Shown: piece by piece, positions 41,257 through 51,292 of the stretch
Numbering within the stretch: position 1 is the first letter of the stretch
How the letters are laid out: each line of letters starts with the position of its first letter
Source of the DNA: Alphaproteobacteria bacterium
Lineage (GTDB): Bacteria; Pseudomonadota; Alphaproteobacteria; UBA2966
Length of the DNA stretch: 64,000 bases
Assembly (NCBI GenBank): GCA_964291395.2
Contig: OZ219857.1
Location: forward strand, 96,001-160,000
Reading direction: 5' to 3'
Notes under the pieces: generated by a model
Database searches by the model: none
What the model was told of the DNA's origin: nothing
What the model saw: only the letters and a program-made list of their open reading frames with translations
Translations under genes and position numbers: made by a program

Positions 41257-44085
41257 CTAGTGGGCCTCGTCCCAGTTCTCGCCGACGCCCGTATCAACGG
41301 TGAGCGGCACGCTCAGGTACGCCGCGTCCTCCATTACGCCCTTGACGACCGATGCCGTCTGATCGATTTCAGCCTCCGGAACGTCGAACAGCAGTTCGTC
41401 ATGCACCTGGAGCAGCATGCGGGCCGACAGTTTCTTCCGTTCGAGGGCCCTGGGAATCCGCACCATCGCGCGTTTGATAATGTCGGCGGCGGATCCTTGC
41501 AGCGGCGCGTTGATGGCCGCCCGCTCACCGAAGTTTCGGCGCGCCGGGTTCTTTTCCCGCAGGCTCGGCACGTGCACGCGGCGACCAAACAATGTCGTCA
41601 CGTAACCGTTCTTTCGTGCAAATTCCTTGGTAGTTTCCATGTAGTCCCGGATTCCGGGATAGCGCTCGAAATAAGCCTCGATGTAGGCCTTGGCTTCCTT
41701 CTGCGGAATCACCAACTGCCTGGCCAATCCGAATGGGCTGATGCCGTAGATGATGCCGAAGTTGATGGCCTTTGCGCTGCGGCGCACCGTCGGGTCCATT
41801 CCCTCCATCGGCACGCCGAAAACCTCGCTCGCCGTCAACGCATGGATGTCGGCGCCCGCGTGAAAGGCGTCCTTCAACGTATCGATGTCGGCGATATGCG
41901 CGAGCAGCCGAAGTTCGATCTGGGAATAGTCGGCGGATAGGAACTTGCAACCGTCCGTAGGCACGAATGCCTGGCGGATTTTCCGTCCTTCTTCCGTCCG
42001 CACCGGAATGTTCTGTAGATTTGGGTCCGTTGACGCAAGCCTTCCCGTACTCGCCGCAGCCATCTGGAACGAGGTGTGCACCCGGCCCGATTCCGCATTG
42101 ATCTGCGTCTGCAGAGCGTCGGTGTACGTTCCCTTCAACTTTGAAAGCTGCCGCCAGTCCAGGACCAGGCTCGGCATCTCATGGCCCTGCGCGGCTAGGT
42201 CTTCAAGCACGTCCGCCCCAGTGGCATAAGCGCCGGTCTTACCCTTCTTGCCGCCCGGGATACTCATTTCGTCGAATAGCACCTCACCCAGTTGCTTGGG
42301 AGATCCAACGTTGAATTCATGACCTGCCAGCCTATGGATCTCGTCGACCAGCCGGGACATGCGCATTTTGAAGTCATTGCTGAGCTTCTCGAGCTTCTTC
42401 GGATCAACGTGGATGCCGTTGCGCTCCATGCCGGCGAGTACCGGCACGAGCGGACGCTCAATGGTTTCATAGACACTGACCAAGCGTTCGCTCACCAGCC
42501 TCGGCTTCAATATCCGATGCAGACGCGCGGTTACGTCTGCGTCCTCCGCCGCGTAGTCCACCGCTTTGTCGAGCGGCACTTTGTCGAAGGTGACCTGCGC
42601 TTTGCCGGTTCCCGCGACGTCCTTGTACGAAATGGGATCGATGCCCAAGTGAAGCCCCGACAACTCGTCCATGCCATGGCCGTGCAGGCCCCCTTCCAGC
42701 ACGAAGCTCAATAGCATGGTGTCGTCGATCGGGCCGAGCTCGATGCCGTATTTGGCGAACATCGCCATGTCGTACTTGATGTTCTGTCCGATTTTGAGAA
42801 CACCGGGGTTCTCGAGCAGCGGCTTCAGGATCTCGATCGCGCGACCGAATGGGATCTGGACCGGCGCTTCGGCATTCTCCGATTCCTCCTCGAGCCCGAG
42901 ACCGCCCTGCCCTGCCGCTCCGGTATGGCCGAGCGGCACATAGCAAGCTTTCCCCGGCTCCACCGAGAGAGACACCCCGACCAAATTTGCTTGCATGACA
43001 TCGAGGGACGTCGTCTCCGTGTCCACGGTCACCGCACCTTTTGCCTCGGCAGCTTCAACCCAGGCAGCCAGCACCTCTTCGCTTTGGACCGCTACGTACT
43101 CGCCGTCGCCCTCGGGCTCCGAGGCCGATGGCGCTGTGATTTCGCCGGCTTCGTTGCCGAACTTCGCACGCAGGCGCGCCGAAAGGGACGCGAACTCCAT
43201 CTCATCGAGGAACCCGAACAATGTGTCGGGGTCAGGCGGACGGATCTCCAGCGCCTCGATGCCTCGCTTGACGGGGACATCACGCTTCAGCGTCACGAGG
43301 TCTCGGCTGACACGCGCCAACCCGGCGTTTTCCAGCAGATTCTGGCGACGCTTCGGCTGCTTGATCTCCTCGGCGCGGTCGAGAAGCGTATCGAGATCCC
43401 CATAGGTGTTGATCAACTCGGCCGCTGTCTTCACGCCGATCCCGGGCACACCGGGCACGTTATCGCTGGAATCGCCGGCCAGAGCCTGGACGTCGATTAC
43501 CTTGTCCGGCCTCACCCCGAACTTCTCCACGACCTGATCTTCCCGGATCACGGTCTGTTTCATCGGATCCTGCATCGACACGTGATCGCCGACCATCTGC
43601 ATCAGGTCCTTGTCCGACGAGACGATCACTACGTCATAACCCGCTGCGACCGCTTGATCGGCGTAGGTGGCGATCAGGTCGTCGGCCTCGAAGCCCTCCA
43701 TCTCGATACAGGGTACGTTAAAGGCACGCGTGGCGTCCCGGACCAGCGGAAACTGCGGGACGAGATCTTCCGGTGGCGGCGGACGATGGGCCTTGTACTC
43801 CGGGTAGATGTCGTTGCGAAAGGATCGGCGTGCGGTATCGAAAATGACCGCCAGGTGGCCGACGTCGTCGTCGGCCAGAGCGTCGTCAACCAGCTTGTTG
43901 AGCATGTTGCAGAAGCCGGAAACGGCACCGACGGGTAAACTGTCGCTCTTTCTCGTAAGGGGAGGAAGCGCATGGTAGGCGCGGAAGATGTAGCCCGAGC
44001 CGTCTACCAGCAAGACACGCCGAGTGCCGTTCGTCTTCTCGGAAACCCCGGCACTGCGACCGGCTTCGGAACCCTTTGCTGCCAT
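41257..44085 (-). CDS. polA: DNA polymerase I
   Basis: 5'-3' exonuclease LVDGSGYIFRAYH, 3'-5' exonuclease DTET, polymerase ADYSQIELR, KAINFGIIYG, LQVHDEL; SD GGGAGGA. Confidence 0.98.
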   Translation of the reverse strand: MAAKGSEAGRSAGVSEKTNGTRRVLLVDGSGYIFRAYHALPPLTRKSDSLPVGAVSGFCNMLNKLVDDALADDDVGHLAVIFDTARRSFRNDIYPEYKAHRPPPPEDLVPQFPLVRDATRAFNVPCIEMEGFEADDLIATYADQAVAAGYDVVIVSSDKDLMQMVGDHVSMQDPMKQTVIREDQVVEKFGVRPDKVIDVQALAGDSSDNVPGVPGIGVKTAAELINTYGDLDTLLDRAEEIKQPKRRQNLLENAGLARVSRDLVTLKRDVPVKRGIEALEIRPPDPDTLFGFLDEMEFASLSARLRAKFGNEAGEITAPSASEPEGDGEYVAVQSEEVLAAWVEAAEAKGAVTVDTETTSLDVMQANLVGVSLSVEPGKACYVPLGHTGAAGQGGLGLEEESENAEAPVQIPFGRAIEILKPLLENPGVLKIGQNIKYDMAMFAKYGIELGPIDDTMLLSFVLEGGLHGHGMDELSGLHLGIDPISYKDVAGTGKAQVTFDKVPLDKAVDYAAEDADVTARLHRILKPRLVSERLVSVYETIERPLVPVLAGMERNGIHVDPKKLEKLSNDFKMRMSRLVDEIHRLAGHEFNVGSPKQLGEVLFDEMSIPGGKKGKTGAYATGADVLEDLAAQGHEMPSLVLDWRQLSKLKGTYTDALQTQINAESGRVHTSFQMAAASTGRLASTDPNLQNIPVRTEEGRKIRQAFVPTDGCKFLSADYSQIELRLLAHIADIDTLKDAFHAGADIHALTASEVFGVPMEGMDPTVRRSAKAINFGIIYGISPFGLARQLVIPQKEAKAYIEAYFERYPGIRDYMETTKEFARKNGYVTTLFGRRVHVPSLREKNPARRNFGERAAINAPLQGSAADIIKRAMVRIPRALERKKLSARMLLQVHDELLFDVPEAEIDQTASVVKGVMEDAAYLSVPLTVDTGVGENWDEAH

Positions 44086-44174
44086 CATCGATCCTCCCAA
44101 GCCCGCCTCAGTATGCCATGAGGCCGGCCGGCGCATAAGCGCCACCCGAAGTTGCCCAGCCGGCGGCCGGCCGG

Positions 44175-45341
44175 TCAGGGACGCTTGAACTGTTTGGAAA
44201 GCGCGAGTCCCTGGCGCTGATAATTGGACCCGATGTCACGCCCGTAAAGCTTGTCCGGCAGCGCCGTAAGCCGTTCGTAGAGCAGACGTCCGACCACCTG
44301 ACCGTCTTCGATCATGAACGGAACGTCCCGTGATCGGACTTCCAGGACCGCCCGCGTTCCTTCTCCGCCGACGTCGGCTAGTCCGAAGCCCGGATCGAAA
44401 AAGCCGGCGTAGTGCACGCGGAATTCGCCCACCAGCGTATCGTAGGCCAGCATCTCGGCTGCGTGATCGGCCGGAACGGTGACCGACTCCCGGGATGACA
44501 GGATGTAGAAGTCGTTGGGATCGAGAATAACCCCCTGACCCGTCCGCGCCCGTACAGGCTCCCAGTAATCTCTGGGATCGTAGTAGTTGACCTTTGAGAC
44601 GTCGATCAGGTCGGCATTCTTGCGCGCGCGCCAACCGATCAGGTCGGACCCGCCGTTCCCCTGCGCGTCTACCGTAATGGCGAGCAACCCCCGTTTGACG
44701 TTCTCCGTAAATACGGTCTCATCGTCGATGAGTCCGACCTCGGCGTGAAGCTCGCGTAACGCCGCATCGCTCCATCGGGGCGCCCCTCGTTTTATCCGGA
44801 GTTGCAGCAAGCGCGTGCCGGTCTCCACCAGGATGCTGAACGAGCGAGGCGATATCTCGATCCACAGCGGGCCGTGATAGCCGGCCCGCACATGATCGAA
44901 TTCCGTGCCGCCGTCGGTGATCAGGCGACAGAACACGTCGAGACGCCCGGTGGAGCTTCTGGGGTTGGCCATGGCCGACGTGCGATGCCTCAGCTGAAGA
45001 CTTTCCATCACGGGCGCCAAATAGACGCACCCCTTTTCCAGGACCGCCCCGCCATCGAGCGAGAACTGGTGCATCGCGTACGCTTCGATCTTTTGACCCA
45101 CCGATGCACCGCGACCGGGCAGGAAGCTGGCCCGCGTTCTGTAGGCGACAGGACCGAGGCGAAGGTCGACGCTGGCGGGCTGAATCTGCTCCTCGTTGAT
45201 CGGCTCGGTTGCCTTGATCTCACCACGTTCGACCGCTTCGCGCAGTCCCTGGGACGGCACGACACCGGTGGAATGCATCGGCTCCACGCCTGGCTTCATC
45301 TCGTCCACGGCAAAGAGCGTATGTTCGGCCGCGCCAGCCAT
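44175..45341 (-). CDS. dcd: dCTP deaminase (long alphaproteobacterial type)
   Basis: IQPASVDLRLG, SSTGRLD, GEFRVHYAGFFDPGFG, SNYQRQGL. Confidence 0.9.
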   Translation of the reverse strand: MAGAAEHTLFAVDEMKPGVEPMHSTGVVPSQGLREAVERGEIKATEPINEEQIQPASVDLRLGPVAYRTRASFLPGRGASVGQKIEAYAMHQFSLDGGAVLEKGCVYLAPVMESLQLRHRTSAMANPRSSTGRLDVFCRLITDGGTEFDHVRAGYHGPLWIEISPRSFSILVETGTRLLQLRIKRGAPRWSDAALRELHAEVGLIDDETVFTENVKRGLLAITVDAQGNGGSDLIGWRARKNADLIDVSKVNYYDPRDYWEPVRARTGQGVILDPNDFYILSSRESVTVPADHAAEMLAYDTLVGEFRVHYAGFFDPGFGLADVGGEGTRAVLEVRSRDVPFMIEDGQVVGRLLYERLTALPDKLYGRDIGSNYQRQGLALSKQFKRP

Positions 45342-45357
45342 CAATTATCCAAACAAG

Positions 45358-45413
45358 GGTTTGCCGAGATCGCGATTCCCGGGGAGGATCAAGAACGGCA
45401 ACCTCGGCAAACC
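45358..45413 (-). ncRNA. Long hairpin in the dcd leader (candidate structured RNA)
   Basis: 16-bp plus 7-bp stems with several G-U pairs on the minus strand; loop AUCCUCCC. Confidence 0.4.
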
Positions 45414-45637
45414 ACTGCTGCCGGCAGTAAATTGGTCCGTCAATTTGTTCGCCTCAGCGATGCTAACGGGTCTTGCGCGCTTGTTGTGCTGCCTTCCCCC
45501 GATGGTCACAGTAGCGGGATTTCCTACCACTCGAAAGCACGGAATCGCGTTGAATTTTCACGAAAATTTCTTCCACAGACAGCACTCCCCACGGAGGTGT
45601 CCGGTTGTCAACGCGCTAAGGATTCAATCCCCGACTC

Positions 45638-45660
45638 CCACAAGGGAAATTTCTTGTGGA
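45638..45660 (-). terminator. Candidate hairpin terminator downstream of the zinc-finger gene
   Basis: CCACAAG...CTTGTGG inverted repeat about 17 nt after the stop; no clear U-tract. Confidence 0.3.
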
Positions 45661-45676
45661 TAAATGAGGTATCGGA

Positions 45677-45859
45677 TCAATGGCCGGGCCTCTTGGCTGC
45701 GCCAGCCTTGAGAACGAATTGCCGATCGCAGTAGGGGCAGTCGATCTGGCCATCCTCCCCCAAGTTGAGATACACCTTCGGGTGCCCCAACGGTCCGCCG
45801 CCGTCGCAACTGACAGTGTGTTCTTCGACCTCAATGACCTCGGGCGGTTCGATGGACAT
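45677..45859 (-). CDS. zf-CHCC zinc-finger protein (NDUFS6-like)
   Basis: VSCDGGGPLGHPKVYL...CPYC. Confidence 0.9.
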   Translation of the reverse strand: MSIEPPEVIEVEEHTVSCDGGGPLGHPKVYLNLGEDGQIDCPYCDRQFVLKAGAAKRPGH

Positions 45860-46202
45860 ACGGCTTTACCCAATCCCGGTTGACCGATCTCGCGACGGCA
45901 GTGGCGCGCTGACCCGTTGTCGGCCGAATGATACGCAAAGTCGACCCGCATTCAACTCGAATGACCTGGTTTCCGGCTTGCCCCGGGGTCCCAATCGGAT
46001 CACGAACCGTGTCACGATTCCACCTGCTCGATCGATCACCTTCGCCGGCCGGGAGATCGCCGACATGACGACCCGGGAGTCAAATTCCGAGGATCTGTTC
46101 GCGCGGCCGGCGAACGCGCACGCAGCTCGTGACGCATCGGTGCTGCACATCCGGTTCGGGCGAATTGCGCCGCTGTCGAACCTTGGGGTAACGTCGGTCC
46201 AA

Positions 46203-46279
46203 GCACCCGTAGCTCAGCCGGATAGAGCGCTGCCCTCCGAAGGCAGAGGTCACAGGTTCGAATCCTGTCGGGTGCGCCA
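46203..46279 (+). tRNA. tRNA-Arg(CCG)
   Basis: GCACCCGTAGCTCAG, anticodon arm CTGCC-CTCCGAA-GGCAG, GGTTCGAATCC, encoded CCA; 77 nt. Confidence 0.97.
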
Positions 46280-46344
46280 CTTCGTTCCACGGATTCAGGA
46301 CTCTGCAAACCATGGCAACCCGCTGTTCGGACTCTTGCCAGCGG

Positions 46345-47154
46345 TCAGGTGCCCTTGAATACCGGTTTGCGCTTCTCGTGAAACGCTTCGACGCCTTCGC
46401 GGAAATCGTCGGATTGCCGCAGCCTCGAGTAGCAGTGCCCCTCTGCCTGAATGGCCACGGACAGGAACATGTCCTCCGTTTCGTTGAGCAGGCGCTTGGC
46501 CGTCCGCTGCGCCAGCGGCGCGAATTCGCGAAGTTCGGCAACCAGGGCGTCCGTGGCCGTCTCCAGCTCATCGTCCGGCACCACCTCGGTGACGATGCCC
46601 CAGTCGAAGGCCTGCCGGCCGGAGATGCGCCGGGAGCGCATGACGATGTCCTTGGTCCGGGTGATGCCGATCATCTTCTGCAGGCGCGCCGCCCCACCTG
46701 ATCCCGGAATCTGACCCAATCTCTGCTCGGGAAGGGCGTAGAGCGCCGTCTCGGACGCGATACGGAAGTCGCAGGCCAGCGAGATTTCGAAGCCGACGCC
46801 GAAGCAGTAGCCGCGATTGGCGGCGATAACGGGCTTCTCGCACCGTGTCGGCGCGGCCATGTTGTCGGCAAGTTTCGAGACGTGCTCGGGCGATGCCTCC
46901 ATGAACCCCCGGATGTACCCGCCCGAAGAAAAGTTCGGACCGAGAGCGCGAAGCACGATCACGCGCACCCGGTCGTCACGGTCGAGCATTTCGAACACTG
47001 CTCGCAATTCCTCGCGTTGATCCATCGAGATCGTGTTCATATCGCCACGGTCCAAGATGATGTCGCCACGCTGCCGTTCGAAATCAACATCGACCGTGAA
47101 ACCGTCAAAGGCCTTGCCGTACAGTTCTTCCGTCGCTCCGATGGTCAACGCCAT
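46345..47154 (-). CDS. Crotonase-family protein, HmfE-like (2-oxoglutaroyl-CoA hydrolase-like)
   Basis: [52 protein letters not shown]; subfamily assignment is from recall. Confidence 0.8.
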   Translation of the reverse strand: MALTIGATEELYGKAFDGFTVDVDFERQRGDIILDRGDMNTISMDQREELRAVFEMLDRDDRVRVIVLRALGPNFSSGGYIRGFMEASPEHVSKLADNMAAPTRCEKPVIAANRGYCFGVGFEISLACDFRIASETALYALPEQRLGQIPGSGGAARLQKMIGITRTKDIVMRSRRISGRQAFDWGIVTEVVPDDELETATDALVAELREFAPLAQRTAKRLLNETEDMFLSVAIQAEGHCYSRLRQSDDFREGVEAFHEKRKPVFKGT

Positions 47155-47207
47155 TCCTCCCTGTCAGTCCTCGGTTCGGTTTTGCGGATGGTACGGGCAA
47201 CCGACGG

Positions 47208-48824
47208 CTACGACGCCGGCGCCATTTCCAGCAGCAGCTTCTTGTCGATCTTGTTGCCGCCTACCCGGGGAAACTCAGTCAGTTCGATGAATCGAGCCGG
47301 TATCTTGTACGTCGCAAGGCCACCCGCCCGAAGAATTTCCACCAAACCCTCGGGATCGAATGTCTTGCCTTCCTGCACCTGAACAAAGGCCCACGGCGCT
47401 TCGCCGTATTCGGCATCGGGTGCCGCGACGACGGCACACTGGAACACGTCAGGATGCTTGGCGATCTCCTGCTCGACTTCGACCGGCAATATCTTGTGCC
47501 CGCTGCGATTGATGACCTCGCTGGAGCGTCCCAGCAGCGTCAACCGGCCACTATCATCGAGTGAGCCCATATCCCCAGTCGTGTACCAGCCGTCCGACCA
47601 TACGGCCCGCGTGGCCTCGGGGTCGTTCCAGTAACCCAGGGAGGCAAAGGGTGCGGAGACCTTGACATAACCGACCTCGCCGGCGGGAAGTTTCGTACCG
47701 TCGTCGTCGTCGACCCGCAAGCGACAGCCTGGAAGGGGTAAGCCGGTACTCCCGTCAAGCCGCAGCGCCGCCGGTTCGCCGAACTCCGCGTGCCCAAATC
47801 CGGGGCATTCCATAGCCCCCGACGCGACGACCACTCGGCAATCGGTCAGGCCTTCGATACGTCGCGCCGCATCGAGGCTGGCAGCCCCGGTGCCGACCCG
47901 TAAGGCCCGCAACGAGCTCAGATCGAACGCCGCGAGATCTTCCCCGGCCAAGCGGGCGAGGATGACAGGCACCGTGGTCGCAACCGTGATCTTCACGTCC
48001 TCCACCAACTGCAACAAAGCACGCGCTTCAAATGTCCTGGGGAACGTGTAGGTAAAAGGCATCGTGCCGGACATCACCCAGATCAGCACCCCGGCCGCGC
48101 CCGACATCGGCGCGAACATGCCGATGACATCATCCTCTCGCATCCCCAGCCTGTCGGCGGTGCCGCGGCCGATACAAATTTGCGCTGCTTCCGGCCATTC
48201 ATTCAACTTGGCGAGGCTGTTGGTCCCGCTTGAGGCGGTGATCAGGGATACCTCGTCAAACCGGAATTGCCGCTCCGTGATCTGATCACGGCCGTCGCCG
48301 TATTCGAGAGCCCCTTCCAGATCGGACCAACTCAGCCATCCTTCCGGTGGCGCCGACGTGACGCTGACGCGCAGAGCCGGCGCGGACCGGTCGGCAATCG
48401 CCTCGTCCAGCCAAGTCTTTTGGTCATCGTTCATGGAGTCGAGCGAGACGAAGACAGCGCTCGGGTCGATTCGCTCCCAGGTGTAGTCCAGCTCCCGCCG
48501 ACGCCACTGCATCGGCGCGAAACAGCCCAAGATGCCGGCCTTCTTGAACGCAATCCGCAGCACCATTTCGCGGTTCGACGACGGGATCTGTACGAGAGCC
48601 CGGCCGTCGCGGGGGATGCCGCGAGCAATCAGGTTGGCAGCGATCCGGTCGGTAGCCTCGTCGAGTTGCCGCCAAGTGATCTCGGTCTCCCAGTCACGAC
48701 AGGCAATCTTGTCGGGAAAATCCCGCGCGTAGGCGGCGTACCGGTCGACCATGGTCTCCCGGGACCAATGGCCGGCCGCGAGGTAAGCCTGGACTTTCTC
48801 CTGATCGATACGGGTTGGCTTCAT
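47208..48824 (-). CDS. AMP-forming acyl/aryl-CoA synthetase
   Basis: Degenerate P-loop SSGTNSLAK, GWYTTGD, GRSSEVINRSGHKI, terminal NKIDK. Confidence 0.85.
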   Translation of the reverse strand: MKPTRIDQEKVQAYLAAGHWSRETMVDRYAAYARDFPDKIACRDWETEITWRQLDEATDRIAANLIARGIPRDGRALVQIPSSNREMVLRIAFKKAGILGCFAPMQWRRRELDYTWERIDPSAVFVSLDSMNDDQKTWLDEAIADRSAPALRVSVTSAPPEGWLSWSDLEGALEYGDGRDQITERQFRFDEVSLITASSGTNSLAKLNEWPEAAQICIGRGTADRLGMREDDVIGMFAPMSGAAGVLIWVMSGTMPFTYTFPRTFEARALLQLVEDVKITVATTVPVILARLAGEDLAAFDLSSLRALRVGTGAASLDAARRIEGLTDCRVVVASGAMECPGFGHAEFGEPAALRLDGSTGLPLPGCRLRVDDDDGTKLPAGEVGYVKVSAPFASLGYWNDPEATRAVWSDGWYTTGDMGSLDDSGRLTLLGRSSEVINRSGHKILPVEVEQEIAKHPDVFQCAVVAAPDAEYGEAPWAFVQVQEGKTFDPEGLVEILRAGGLATYKIPARFIELTEFPRVGGNKIDKKLLLEMAPAS

Positions 48825-48838
48825 GCTTAACCTTCAAC

Positions 48839-49624
48839 TCATCGGCCCTTGTATTCGGGGGAACGCTTTTCGGCAAAAGCTTTCAGGCCTTCACGGCCAT
48901 CCTCGGTGCCCATGCAAATGGCATAGAGCTTGCGCTCATAGTCGATGCCGGTCAGGAGATCCGTCTCCGTCGACCGCAGCACGGCATCGCGTCCGGCGAC
49001 GAACGCCATCGGCGCCTGGGATCCCAATTCGCGCGCCAGTTCCTTTGCCCGCGGCAACAGGTCGGCGTGCGGCACGACCTCGGTAACCAGGCCGATGGAC
49101 GCCGCGGTCCGAGCGTCAATGCGCTGCCCGGTCAGCACCATCTGCATGGCCCAACCGAGACCAACAAACCGGTAGAGGCGTTGCGTCCCCCCGCTTCCCG
49201 GGATTTGGCCCAACGTGATCTCCGGTTGGCCGAGCAGAGCATCGTCACTGGAAATGCGAACCGTGCACCCCATGGCGAACTCGAGGCCAGCACCAAAACA
49301 ATAACCATTGATCGCGGCGACGCTTGGCTTGCCGAGGCGTTCGATCGTGGTCGGTAGATCTTTTCTGAGCGTCGCCGAAGGACCCATTTCCGATACTAGC
49401 GTACGTTGCTCGAGCTCCGGAATATTGGCGCCTGCGCTGAACGACTTGTCGCCGTGTCCAGTGAACACTATGGCCTTGACCGCGCCGTCGGTTTCCGCGC
49501 GCCGGGCACAATCCATCAGGTCGACCCGCATCTGGTGACTCAGGGCATTGTGCCGCTCGGGCCAGTGCAGCGTGACGATCAGCAAGTCACCATCCATTTC
49601 GGTCAGCACATTTTCGTATTCCAT
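48839..49624 (-). CDS. Enoyl-CoA hydratase/isomerase
   Basis: [37 protein letters not shown]; both catalytic Glu positions present. Confidence 0.9.
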   Translation of the reverse strand: MEYENVLTEMDGDLLIVTLHWPERHNALSHQMRVDLMDCARRAETDGAVKAIVFTGHGDKSFSAGANIPELEQRTLVSEMGPSATLRKDLPTTIERLGKPSVAAINGYCFGAGLEFAMGCTVRISSDDALLGQPEITLGQIPGSGGTQRLYRFVGLGWAMQMVLTGQRIDARTAASIGLVTEVVPHADLLPRAKELARELGSQAPMAFVAGRDAVLRSTETDLLTGIDYERKLYAICMGTEDGREGLKAFAEKRSPEYKGR

Positions 49625-50012
49625 CGGAGGCCAATCCTCTTTCTTCATCTGCACGACAACGCCTGCCACGGCAGTGCAAGGTGAACGCCAAGCGTTTCAG
49701 CGTTTCTTGAAACCGAGAGACCTCGGACGCCGGAGGAAGACCGGTGGCGCCCCGACCGGAACCGTCGGCGACCAAGCTCCACCCGCTCCCTCGTATTCCT
49801 TGTCCGCGGCAACTTCCGCTCGGCAGAAGAGAGCTGCAGAGGTGTATCGAACCGAACCACCCATAACAATCACGACGCAAAACCTCAATCCGGCCAGATC
49901 GGAAAATCGGGTGACGTGCGGGGACCTGAGGCGCTAACTTCCAAGGATGTTCGAGTGGGCTTACCTCGCCCTCTGACTCATTGCTCTAGAATTCCGGCAC
50001 AAGGAGTGTGTC

Positions 50013-51215
50013 ATGCGCCCGTTCGACGGCATCCGCATCGTTGACCTCACCCAGATCCTCGCCGGCCCCTACTGCACCTACCAGCTTGGTCTGCTCGGAG
50101 CAGAAGTGATCAAGATCGAGCTCCCGGGCCACGGCGACTGGATCCGCGTCACGGGCCTTGATCCAGAACTTCGCAAGGCGCGCATGGGAACGCATTTCCT
50201 GTCCCAAAATGCCGGAAAGAGATCGGTTACCGTCAATATGAAGGACGAGCGCGGTCGCGACATCGTCAGGAAGCTGGTCGAGACCGGTGACGTGTTCGTC
50301 GAAAACTTCCGCCCCGGCGCGGCCGAGCGGCTCGGTCTTTCCTACGAGGAGGTAAGTGCCATAAAGCCGGACATCATTTATTGCTCGCTGTCCGCTTACG
50401 GCCAGGACGGCCCCTGGTCCCATCGCAAAGGTTACGACCACGTTCTGCAGGGCACGACGGGAATCATGAGCCTGACGGGCACGCCGGAAACGGGTCCGAT
50501 CAAGGCGGGTCTGCCGTTCATCGACTTCGCCACGGGGCTCAACGGTGCATTCGCCATTTCCGCCGCGCTATTCGAGCGACAGAAGACCGGCGAAGGCAAA
50601 CGCATCGACATCGCCATGCTCGATTCCACGCTATTGCTGATGTCGAACATCGTCGCCGACTATCTGATCACAGGAACCGTACCGGAGCTCGTCGGCAATG
50701 AGCCTCAGAGCCGCAGTCCCACGGCAGGCGTCTTCGATGCGAGGGACCGGCGAATCCTGATCGCGGCCAATTCCGACGTGCAGTACCGCGGCCTGATGAC
50801 GGCCCTCGGGCTTGAGGGCCTGATCGACGATCCCCGGTTCGCCGATCACCAGTCGCGCCTCGCCAACAAGCCCGAACTCCGCCGGGTCGTCAACGACGCG
50901 CTGAAAACCAAGTCCGGCGAAGAATGGGAAGAGATCCTGGACAGCGTGGACGTCCCGGCCGGGCTGATCCGCAACGTCGCCGAAGTGATGGCGGAGGATG
51001 GCCAGGCCATGTCGCGGGGAATCTCACAGGAGATGGTTCTGCCCAGTCACAACCGCAAAATCGGTGTGCCGACGGCGGGCTTCAAGGTGGACGGCAATGT
51101 CATCAAGGCCGACGGGCCACCGCCCGAGGTCGGCGCAGATACCGAAGCGGTGCTTGCCGAAATCGGTTATAGCGACACCGAGATTGCGGAGTTCCGAAAA
51201 GCGGACGTCGTCTGA
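50013..51215 (+). CDS. Family III CoA transferase (CaiB/BaiF)
   Basis: DLTQILAGP, GAEVIKIE, NAGKRS, ENFRPG, catalytic Asp in PFIDFATG. Confidence 0.93.
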   Translation: MRPFDGIRIVDLTQILAGPYCTYQLGLLGAEVIKIELPGHGDWIRVTGLDPELRKARMGTHFLSQNAGKRSVTVNMKDERGRDIVRKLVETGDVFVENFRPGAAERLGLSYEEVSAIKPDIIYCSLSAYGQDGPWSHRKGYDHVLQGTTGIMSLTGTPETGPIKAGLPFIDFATGLNGAFAISAALFERQKTGEGKRIDIAMLDSTLLLMSNIVADYLITGTVPELVGNEPQSRSPTAGVFDARDRRILIAANSDVQYRGLMTALGLEGLIDDPRFADHQSRLANKPELRRVVNDALKTKSGEEWEEILDSVDVPAGLIRNVAEVMAEDGQAMSRGISQEMVLPSHNRKIGVPTAGFKVDGNVIKADGPPPEVGADTEAVLAEIGYSDTEIAEFRKADVV

Positions 51216-51225
51216 GGTCGTCGCT

Positions 51226-51259
51226 ATGGCGGTTCAAGTCAAAACTGGAACCGCTCCAA
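51226..51259 (-). repeat. Palindromic intergenic repeat, copy 4
   Basis: Minus strand TTGGAGCGGTTCCAGTTTTGACTTGAACCGCCAT. Confidence 0.6.
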
Positions 51260-51292
51260 CACTCCAGCGCCGATTTGCATGCCCGTAACGCC

